Of a DNA stretch of 32,000 nt, positions 9,662-15,785 are shown in pieces. This DNA is from Candidatus Electronema aureum (GTDB lineage: Bacteria; Desulfobacterota; Desulfobulbia; Desulfobulbales; Desulfobulbaceae). Location of the stretch: the NCBI GenBank assembly GCA_004284765.1, contig NQJD01000004.1, forward strand, positions 90,001 through 122,000, written 5' to 3'. Each line of letters opens with the position of its first letter. Within the stretch, counting starts at the first letter, position 1. The position numbers and the translations under genes are program-made. Below the pieces are notes generated by a model, which did no database searches, was not told where the DNA came from, and was given only the letters and a program-made list of their open reading frames with translations.

Positions 9662-9690
9662 TTGACGCGGGGCTGCAATTCAGTTAGACA
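9662..9690 (+). promoter_or_regulatory. Candidate sigma70-type promoter for the thiS leader
   Basis: TTGACG (9662-9667), a 17-nt spacer, then TAGACA (9685-9690), located just upstream of the TPP aptamer. The -10 element is weak, and this is a sequence-pattern call only. Confidence 0.3.
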
Positions 9691-9697
9691 CAGAGCT

Positions 9698-9795
9698 GCG
9701 TTTCACGGGGGGTGCTTCTGCGGAAGCTGAGAGAGGCGGCTGCCTCAACCCTTGGAACCTGATACGGGTCATGCCGTCGTAGGGACAGTGAGAAA
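9698..9795 (+). promoter_or_regulatory. TPP (THI-box) riboswitch aptamer
   Basis: All hallmark elements appear in order: GGGGUGC, CUGAGA, ACCC, GAACCUGAU, GGGUCAUGCCGUCG, UAGGGA. The DNA reads cacggggggtgcttctgcggaagctgagagaggcggctgcctcaacccttggaacctgatacgggtcatgccgtcgtagggacagtg. It lies upstream of thiS-thiG-thiH. Confidence 0.9.
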
Positions 9796-9838
9796 AGCCA
9801 TGCCGCGCCTTTCCCCCTTCCCTTCGTTTGTCCGTCCG

Positions 9839-9912
9839 GTAGGGGTGAACCTTGTGTTCACCCTGTTATATCACATCGGGCAAGATCGGGCGATCACAAG
9901 AATCGCCCCTAC
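9839..9912. repeat. REP-like hairpin doublet (REPIN-like), copy A, in the thiS 5' leader
   Basis: GTAGGGGTGAAC-CTTGT-GTTCACCCT ... GGGCGATC-ACAAG-GATCGCCCCTAC. These are two hairpins whose outer arms (GTAGGGG / CCCCTAC) are themselves inverted repeats. It is homologous to 13203..13291. Confidence 0.8.
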
Positions 9913-9952
9913 GTGTTGAATTTCCACCATATACCTGACTGTCTGGCATCTC

Positions 9953-10150
9953 ATGCACATAACCCTGAACGGCCAGTTCACGGCAACCGCCGCCCTCACC
10001 TTGCTTGACATGATCAATGAGCAAGGCTTTGTGCCGGATGCCGTGATTGCTGAAGTCAATTTCGAGCTGATTAAAAGAGACCGCTGGCAGCAGCACCTAC
10101 TCCACGAAGGAGATACGGTGGAGCTGCTCAGTTTTGTAGGAGGAGGCTGA
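9953..10150 (+). CDS. thiS: Sulfur-carrier protein ThiS (65 aa, C-terminal GG)
   Basis: MHITLNGQ...LLSFVGGG*. Size, the ubiquitin-like pattern, the terminal Gly-Gly and the position upstream of thiG all fit. No obvious SD sequence was seen. Confidence 0.88.
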   Translation: MHITLNGQFTATAALTLLDMINEQGFVPDAVIAEVNFELIKRDRWQQHLLHEGDTVELLSFVGGG

Positions 10151-10151
10151 A

Positions 10152-10943
10152 ATGGATGCAACAATGAACGCGGCAGACGATGCGCTGCTGCTCGGCGGGG
10201 TGCGCTTTGCCAGCCGCCTGCTCACCGGCACGGGCAAGTTTGCCTCGCACGACCTGATTGCCCCGATGCTCGCGGCCAGCGGCTCGGAGCTGATTACAGT
10301 GGCCTTGCGCCGGGTTGACCCCAAGGCAGGCGAGCAGGATATCCTGCGCTACATCCCGCCTTCGGTGCGGATATTGCCCAACACCTCTGGCGCGCGAACC
10401 GCCGAGGAAGCGGTGCGCATCGCTCGGCTGGCGCGGGCGGCAGGTTGCGGCGACTTCATCAAGATTGAGGTGATCACCGACAACAAATACCTGCTGCCGG
10501 ACAACGCCGAAACCCTGCGCGCCACTGAAATCCTTGCCAAAGAAGGCTTCATTGTCTTGCCCTACATGTTCCCTGATCTAACCGTGAGCAGGCAGTTGCA
10601 CGATGCGGGCGCGGCGGCGGTAATGCCGCTCGGCTCGCCCATCGGCAGCAACCGGGGCTTGGAGATGAAGGCCATGATCCGGCGGATGATCGAAACCAGC
10701 AAGCTGCCGGTGATTGTCGATGCAGGCATCGGCAAGCCCTCGCAGGCGGCGGAGGCAATGGAGATCGGTGCGGTAGCGGTGCTGGTCAACACCGCCATCG
10801 CCACCAGTAGCGACCCGGTCATGGCTGGCCGTGCCTTTGGCCTCGCGGTGCAAGCCGGGCGGCTGGCGCGATTAGCACAGCTAGCCGGGGAGAAAGACTA
10901 CGCCGAAGCCTCCTCGCCCCTGACCGGCTTTCTGCGAGCATAA
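10152..10943 (+). CDS. thiG: Thiazole synthase ThiG
   Basis: 263 aa with [46 protein letters not shown] and VDAGIG motifs. The start is 1 nt after the thiS stop. Confidence 0.95.
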   Translation: MDATMNAADDALLLGGVRFASRLLTGTGKFASHDLIAPMLAASGSELITVALRRVDPKAGEQDILRYIPPSVRILPNTSGARTAEEAVRIARLARAAGCGDFIKIEVITDNKYLLPDNAETLRATEILAKEGFIVLPYMFPDLTVSRQLHDAGAAAVMPLGSPIGSNRGLEMKAMIRRMIETSKLPVIVDAGIGKPSQAAEAMEIGAVAVLVNTAIATSSDPVMAGRAFGLAVQAGRLARLAQLAGEKDYAEASSPLTGFLRA

Positions 10944-10945
10944 GC

Positions 10946-12058
10946 ATGTCCTTCCTCAACGTTGTCCTTGCCTTAGAATCCTTTGATTTCGATGCCAGCC
11001 TGCACGCCATTACTGCTGCCGACGTAGAGCGCACGCTGTCCCGCGACGAGCAGCTTGACCGCCGCGACCTGCTCCACTTGCTCGCCCCGGCAGCGCAGCC
11101 GTATCTGGAGGAAATGGCCCAGAAAGCGCATCGTCTGACCTTGCAGCACTTCGGCAAGGTGATCGGCCTGTATGCACCGCTGTATATCTCGGATTACTGT
11201 GCGAACTCATGCACCTACTGCGGCTTCCATGTGGGCGTTGACTTTCCCCGCACCAAGCTGACGCTGGCTGAGATCGAGCAGGAAGCAGCAGCCATCGCCG
11301 CCACCGGAATCCGGCACATCCTTGTCTTGACTGGCGAAGCCCCGGCCCAGACTCCGCTGTCCTATCTGGCCGAGGCAGTGCATCGGCTGCGGGCGCATTT
11401 CTCGTCCATCGCCTTGGAGATTTTCCCGCTCGATGAGGCCGAATACCGCATCCTGCGCGAGGCCGGAGCCGATTCGCTGACCGTCTATCAAGAGGTCTAT
11501 GACCGCGCCATCTATCAGGAAGTGCATCCGGCAGGACGGAAAGCGGATTACGTCTGGCGTGTGCAAACCCCGGAGCGCGGCGCACGGGCAGGCTTCCGGG
11601 CGTTGAACTTAGGGCCGCTCTTTGGCCTTGGCCAACCCCGCCGCGAGGCATGGCTGGCCGCGCTCCACGCCCGCTGGCTGGAGGAGGAGTTCCCGGATGT
11701 GGAAGTCTCGCTCTCCTTGCCGCGCATGACCAAAGCAGCGGGCGCCATTGCCCCGCGCTCGCTGATGTCGGACAGCGAGTTCGTCCAATTCATGCTGGCG
11801 TGGCGGCTGTTTATGCCACGGCTCGGCATCACCATCTCCACCCGCGAGGCCCCCGCGTTCCGTGACCGGCTGGTCCAGCTTGGCGCAACCCGCTTCTCCT
11901 GTGGCTCGAAGACTGGCGTGGGCGGCTACGCGGTCAGGAAGCAGGACGAAGCCCCGGTGCAGTTCGCCGTGACCGATAACCGCAGCGTCGAGGAAGTGGC
12001 AGCGATGCTCCGCCGGAGCGGTTATCAGCCGATTTTCAAGGACTGGGAGCTGGTGTGA
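10946..12058 (+). CDS. thiH: 2-iminoacetate synthase ThiH (radical SAM tyrosine lyase)
   Basis: 370 aa with the radical-SAM CANSCTYCGF motif. It sits directly downstream of thiG and has the ThiH-like C-terminal half. Confidence 0.9.
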   Translation: MSFLNVVLALESFDFDASLHAITAADVERTLSRDEQLDRRDLLHLLAPAAQPYLEEMAQKAHRLTLQHFGKVIGLYAPLYISDYCANSCTYCGFHVGVDFPRTKLTLAEIEQEAAAIAATGIRHILVLTGEAPAQTPLSYLAEAVHRLRAHFSSIALEIFPLDEAEYRILREAGADSLTVYQEVYDRAIYQEVHPAGRKADYVWRVQTPERGARAGFRALNLGPLFGLGQPRREAWLAALHARWLEEEFPDVEVSLSLPRMTKAAGAIAPRSLMSDSEFVQFMLAWRLFMPRLGITISTREAPAFRDRLVQLGATRFSCGSKTGVGGYAVRKQDEAPVQFAVTDNRSVEEVAAMLRRSGYQPIFKDWELV

Positions 12059-12060
12059 TC

Positions 12061-12175
12061 GTGATACGTATGATGCCGCTGTCGTGATAGGTATCACGAC
12101 GATGCCATGATACGTATGATGATTTTGCCGTGATACTCGATGCGGCAGATTCGGGATACGTATCCTTTTTGGGGA
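12061..12175. repeat. Tandem repeat array 1, exact 23-nt period, 5 units
   Basis: Rows from 12061, 12084, 12107, 12130 and 12153: GTGATACGTATGATGCCGCTGTC / GTGATAGGTATCACGACGATGCC / ATGATACGTATGATGATTTTGCC / GTGATACTCGATGCGGCAGATTC / GGGATACGTATCCTTTTTGGGGA. The array contains a perfect palindrome GTCGTGATA-GG-TATCACGAC (12081-12100) and the palindrome GGATACGTATCC (12154-12165). Confidence 0.8.
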
Positions 12176-12186
12176 TGGATGGGTGT

Positions 12187-12211
12187 GCGGGCGAATCTTG
12201 TATTCGCCCGC
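12187..12211. repeat. REP-like single hairpin (third site of the REP family)
   Basis: GCGGGCGAAT-CTTGT-ATTCGCCCGC. It has the same CTTGT loop and the same GGGCGAA/TTCGCCC stem core as the hairpins at 9842 and 13206. Confidence 0.7.
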
Positions 12212-12345
12212 CTTGTTGCCTGCAACCACCAAGCGATCGGTATGGGAAGAGGGATTGCGCGAAAGAGAATATTGTCTGAGAACGGATAGTTAAGGATTTA
12301 GAGATGGTGTAAGAAGTACGATATTCCGCATATGAGGCTGTTTCT

Positions 12346-12951
12346 ATGAATATTTTTACGGCAGCAGTGACAGGATTTACCATTGTGGTCAAGAAAGTCG
12401 GGATTGTCTTCAAAGCAGTCCTGACCGGGATACGAATTCTGATCACACATATCATCATTTTCGTTGTCCGTGCAATAGAAGCGATTGTTGATGCCTTTCT
12501 ATCATTCTTGAAGTTAGTTTGGACGCAGATAGTCAAAGTCGTCAATTGGCTCTTCAGAATGTACTTATCAGAGTCAGGTATCGTTTCTTTGGCTCAGGAA
12601 TCAGTTAGCTTCGCAATCAGGCTGCGCTGGGGCGTTGTAATAATCTCTGGTTTGTATGCGATTTATAAATATTTTGGCGTAACTTATTTACTACTGGCAG
12701 TTGTTGTTTGTTGTGCATTGATTTTAATTGGCTATTCAGAAGCAAAAAAAGAGGAGGAGAAATGGAATTCTATTATAGATAGAATCAATGAAGTTATTGC
12801 ACGTTATTCAAGATATACAATTCGTTGTGCTATCCTTCTGTTCTCAGCTTATATTTTGTACATGCAGATTCCATTGAAAGGCTACAATAGCCAGACAATA
12901 ATGGAAAAATATATTGATCAGCAGCGCACAGAGAATGCAATACAACCCTGA
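12346..12951 (+). CDS. Hypothetical multi-pass membrane protein (201 aa), AT-rich
   Basis: The ATG has GAGG 8 nt upstream. There are several long hydrophobic segments (FTAAVTGFTIVV, ILITHIIIFVV, WGVVIISGLYAIY, LLLAVVVCCALILIGY, AILLFSAYILY). No family was recognised. The composition is clearly more AT-rich than the flanks. Confidence 0.5.
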   Translation: MNIFTAAVTGFTIVVKKVGIVFKAVLTGIRILITHIIIFVVRAIEAIVDAFLSFLKLVWTQIVKVVNWLFRMYLSESGIVSLAQESVSFAIRLRWGVVIISGLYAIYKYFGVTYLLLAVVVCCALILIGYSEAKKEEEKWNSIIDRINEVIARYSRYTIRCAILLFSAYILYMQIPLKGYNSQTIMEKYIDQQRTENAIQP

Positions 12952-13531
12952 CATTCATCATCGCCGCTCGATCCGCTTGCAGGGATATGATTATTCTCAG
13001 GATGGCGCATATTTCATCACCATCTGCGTTCAAGGCAGGGAATGTCTGTTCGGGGATATTGCAGAAGGAGGGATGCGGATGAATGAGGCGGGGAAGATGA
13101 TTCTTCAGATATGGAATGAATTGCCGCAGCGTTTCAGCAATGCGGAGATAGATATTCTTGCGGTCATGCCAAATCATCTGCACGGAATTATATTCTTGCA
13201 CCGTAGGGGCGAACCTTGTGTTCGCCCTGCATCACATTGTATTTCCTCCTTGCCATCAAACACCAAGGGCGATCATAAAGATCGCCCCTACGGAACCTTG
13301 CCTGATTCCATAGGCCGTCTTGTCCAAGCATTCAAATCCATCACCACCAATCAATATATCCACGGCGTGAAGAAACAGGGATGGAGACCATTTCCCGGCA
13401 GGCTTTGGCAGCGCAATTATTGGGAACATATCATCTGTGATGAAACGGAATTGGAGAAAACCCGTGAATATGTCCAGAATAATCCGGCTCAATGGGCACT
13501 GGATGAATTGAATCCCTTTTACGCGCCATGA
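12935..13531 (+). CDS. REP-associated tyrosine transposase-like protein (RAYT / IS200-like Y1 HUH transposase family)
   Basis: HUH motif in MPNHLHGII and a catalytic-Tyr context in LWQRNYWEHII. The N-terminus YFITICVQGRECLFG is typical of COG1943-type proteins. The ATG at 12935 is used because the track start at 12914 is a TTG. The ORF contains REP doublet copy B internally. Confidence 0.8.
   Translation: MQYNPDIHHRRSIRLQGYDYSQDGAYFITICVQGRECLFGDIAEGGMRMNEAGKMILQIWNELPQRFSNAEIDILAVMPNHLHGIIFLHRRGEPCVRPASHCISSLPSNTKGDHKDRPYGTLPDSIGRLVQAFKSITTNQYIHGVKKQGWRPFPGRLWQRNYWEHIICDETELEKTREYVQNNPAQWALDELNPFYAP
13203..13291. repeat. REP-like hairpin doublet, copy B, inside the RAYT ORF
   Basis: GTAGGGGCGAAC-CTTGT-GTTCGCCCT ...37-nt spacer... 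GGGCGATC-ATAAA-GATCGCCCCTAC. It is translated in frame as RRGEPCVRP...GDHKDRPYG. Confidence 0.8.
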
Positions 13532-14037
13532 CCGCCGCCGAACTCATCCGTCTCCTGAAGCTGGAGCCGCACCCGCTGGAAGGCGGCTATTTCCGCCGCA
13601 TTTACGAATCATCCCTGCGCTGCGACTGCGGCTATGGCAGCAGGCCGCTGCTGACTTCGATCTACTACCTGCTCACGCAGGAAAGCCCGGTCGGGTTGCT
13701 GCATAAGAACAGATCAGATATCCTGCATTATCATCAGCGCGGCGCGGCTGTCAAATACATCATGATATCCCCGGAGGGCAGTCTGTCAGAGCACATCCTC
13801 GGCCCGGACATTCAGCATGGCGAGACCCTGCAATTGCTGGTTCCGGGCGGCTGGTGGAAAGCGTCGCGGCTCTGCGAGGGTGAATATGCTTTGATCAGCG
13901 AGGCGGTCGCGCCGGGTTTCGACTATGCGGACAATGAGATTGCGACGGAGGAGATGGTGCAGCGGAATTACTCAGAGATGCTTGATGTGCTGAACAGGTG
14001 TATCAGGCAGAGACCTTCTGAGGATGCAGATTTATGA
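13528..14037 (+). CDS. Cupin-fold protein (DUF985-like)
   Basis: 169 aa. LEPHPLEGGYFRRIYES, then LLxxxxxSxxHxxxxSDILHYHxG, then WWKA. This matches the DUF985 cupin pattern as I recall it. Its ATG overlaps the RAYT stop as ATGA. Confidence 0.7.
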   Translation: MTAAELIRLLKLEPHPLEGGYFRRIYESSLRCDCGYGSRPLLTSIYYLLTQESPVGLLHKNRSDILHYHQRGAAVKYIMISPEGSLSEHILGPDIQHGETLQLLVPGGWWKASRLCEGEYALISEAVAPGFDYADNEIATEEMVQRNYSEMLDVLNRCIRQRPSEDADL

Positions 14038-14294
14038 GCAGCATACACGACAAGTTGAAGCAATTCAAAAACAACCCGAACGACGTGAAGTTTACGGAAC
14101 TCTGCAAGGTCTGCGAGTTCTATTTCGGCAAACCGCGTCAGTCCGGCTCCAGCCATACAGTGTACAAAACCCCTTGGCAAGGCGATCCCCGTGTCAATAT
14201 CCAGAATGACAAGGGCAAGGCAAAGGCGTATCAGGTGAAGCAGGTTCTCAAAGCTGTCGAGCGATTGGAGGTGGAGCATGGCGCTCAAGAATGA
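14034..14294 (+). CDS. hicA: HicA-family toxin (YcfA/HicA-like, 86 aa)
   Basis: The N-terminus ...KFTELCKVCEFYFG, then SGSSHTVYKTP...AKAYQVKQVLKAVERLE, follows the long-form HicA pattern (GS.H..., K.Y.V.QV...L). It overlaps the cupin stop as ATGA and is followed by a HicB-like gene. Confidence 0.65.
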   Translation: MSSIHDKLKQFKNNPNDVKFTELCKVCEFYFGKPRQSGSSHTVYKTPWQGDPRVNIQNDKGKAKAYQVKQVLKAVERLEVEHGAQE

Positions 14295-14576
14295 TCATTA
14301 CACCTACCGGGTGACGTGGTCGGAAGATGACAACGAATATGTCGGGCTGTGCGCGGAGTTTCCAAGCCTGAGCTGGCTGGCAAAGACGCACGAGGCCGCG
14401 TTGAAAGGCATTCGGCAGGCGGTGGCAGAAGTCATTCAGGATATGCGGGAAAACAACGAGCTGGTTCCAGAGCCTATCGCTGTGAAGCAGTTCAGCGGCA
14501 TCGTGATCTTGCCCTGAAAGCGGCGGAAACAGGTGTCAGCCTGAACCGGCTTGCCAGCTCCAAATTAAGCAGATGA
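14278..14576 (+). pseudogene. hicB: HicB-family antitoxin with its C-terminal ribbon-helix-helix tail shifted into another frame (frameshift or deletion variant)
   Basis: Frame A (14278-14517) gives MALKNDHYTYRVTWSEDDNEYVGLCAEFPSLSWLAKTHEAALKGIRQAVAEVIQDMRENNELVPEPIAVKQFSG, a HicB N-domain, and then stops after IVILP. A second frame continues across the same bases as HRDLALKAAETGVSLNRLASSKLSR* (to 14576), which is a typical RHH helix region. The beta-strand segment expected between ...FSG and ...HRDLA appears to be missing. Confidence 0.6.
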
Positions 14577-14590
14577 GGTGATGAGTAATC

Positions 14591-15631
14591 ATGAACGAAT
14601 CCAGACTCCTTGACGCGAACATCAACCGCGCTGCCGAAGGGCTGCGGGTTTTGGAAGACATCGCCCGTTTCGCCTTTGACCGGCAGGAGCTTTCTGCCGA
14701 ACTGCGCGGCCTGCGTCATACGGTGCGCGACCTCTTCAAAGGCCGAGAGAACAGCCTGCTGGCTGCCCGCAACGCAGCGGACGATGTGGGCAAAACCACC
14801 TCCGGGCAAAGCGCGAGCGACCAGCGCCGCAATCTGCGTGACACGGCCCAGGCCAACTTCAAGCGGGTGCAGGAGGCAGCCAGAACCTTGGAGGAAGTCC
14901 TCAAGGCGCAGGGCGAATACGCTGCGGGCAAGCGGCTGGAGCAGCTGCGCTTTCAGCTCTATGAGCTGGAGCCGCGTTTCCTGCCGCTCTTCCAGCGCAC
15001 GCTGCCTGCGGGGATATACGGCATCCTCGGCGAAAAGTTCTCCCTTGGCCGCAGCAACGCGGACGTGGCCCAGCAGATGACCGATGCCGGAGTGCGAATC
15101 ATTCAGTACCGGGAAAAGCTGAAGGACAAGAGCATCAGGGCGATTTACGAGGAATGCCTGAGCATCCGCCGCATCACCGCAGACGCGGGCGCACTCTTCA
15201 TTATCAATGATTATGCTGAGATTGCCCTGATGGTCGGCGCGGACGGCGTGCATCAGGGGCAGGATGATCTGCCGGTGAGCGAGCTGCGCCGAATTGCGCC
15301 GGGCCTGCTCATTGGTTGCTCAACGCACAGCCCGGAGCAGGCGGAACAGGCGGTGCGCGACGGGGCAGACTACATCGGCGTGGGGCCAATCTTCAGCACC
15401 CAGACCAAAGAGGATGTCTGCGCCCCGGTTGGGCTGAATTATCTCGACTACGTGGCAAAAAACATTCATATTCCCTTTGTCGCCATTGGCGGCATCAAAC
15501 GGGAGACCCTGCCGCAGGTGCTGGCGCACGGCGCGAAGACCGTCTGCTTGGTCACAGAGATCATCGGCGCGGAAGACATCGGGCAGCGGGTCAGGGAGAT
15601 TCAACAAATTATGGCAGCAGCGCAACCATGA
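14591..15631 (+). CDS. thiE: Thiamine-phosphate synthase ThiE with a ~135-aa N-terminal extra domain
   Basis: The C-terminal ~210 aa are canonical ThiE/TMP-TENI (IYGILG..., RIIQYREK, FIINDYAEIAL..GADGVHQGQDD, IGCSTHS, ADYIGVGPIFST.TK, FVAIGGI). The N-terminal part (MNESRLLDANINRAAEGLRVLEDIARF...) is not ThiE. GAGGTGA lies about 10 nt upstream of the ATG. Confidence 0.85.
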   Translation: MNESRLLDANINRAAEGLRVLEDIARFAFDRQELSAELRGLRHTVRDLFKGRENSLLAARNAADDVGKTTSGQSASDQRRNLRDTAQANFKRVQEAARTLEEVLKAQGEYAAGKRLEQLRFQLYELEPRFLPLFQRTLPAGIYGILGEKFSLGRSNADVAQQMTDAGVRIIQYREKLKDKSIRAIYEECLSIRRITADAGALFIINDYAEIALMVGADGVHQGQDDLPVSELRRIAPGLLIGCSTHSPEQAEQAVRDGADYIGVGPIFSTQTKEDVCAPVGLNYLDYVAKNIHIPFVAIGGIKRETLPQVLAHGAKTVCLVTEIIGAEDIGQRVREIQQIMAAAQP

Positions 15632-15652
15632 GCCTGCGTTGCCTGCGACGAT

Positions 15653-15760
15653 CATAACGCTTATGTCCCTCCGACTATAGTGCTTATGTCAGTCGGACAT
15701 ACGTGCTTATGTCGCTCTGACCTAAGCGTTATAGTCCGACCGACATACGTGCTCTGGCAA
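15653..15760. repeat. Tandem repeat array 2, ~23-nt period, about 4.5 degenerate units, immediately upstream of thiC
   Basis: Rows: ATAACGCTTATGTCCCTCCGACT / ATAGTGCTTATGTCAGTCGGAC / ATACGTGCTTATGTCGCTCTGACCT / AAGCGTTATAGTCCGACCGAC / ATACGTGCTCTGGCAAT. The core GCTTATGTC recurs at 15658, 15681 and 15704, an exact 23-nt spacing. Confidence 0.75.
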
Positions 15761-15785
15761 TATGGGACTAACTTCAGGAGAACAA

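Noticed and set aside
12061-12175. Considered a CRISPR array for the 23-nt repeat arrays (also 15653..15760 and 20261..20329)
   Set aside because: The units are directly contiguous with no unique spacers, they are too short and too few, and no cas genes are present in the window.
12036-12545. 169-aa ORF on the - strand spanning the thiH 3' end, repeat array 1 and the start of the membrane ORF
   Set aside because: It crosses the tandem repeats and the REP hairpin and overlaps the better-supported + strand ORF, which has a good SD. It is probably spurious.
14492-15253. 253-aa ORF antisense to thiE. Similar long antisense ORFs occur at 15774..16712 (thiC), 17163..18050 (PDT fusion), 11010..12232 (thiH) and 22853..23521 (valS).
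   Set aside because: Each overlaps a strongly supported gene on the opposite strand. The translations are Arg/Ala/Gly-rich and low in complexity, with no family resemblance.
15632-15785. Expected a second TPP riboswitch upstream of thiC
   Set aside because: No CUGAGA, ACCUGAU or GGGGUGC elements were found. The spacer is instead occupied by the ~23-nt repeat array. A covariance-model scan would settle this.
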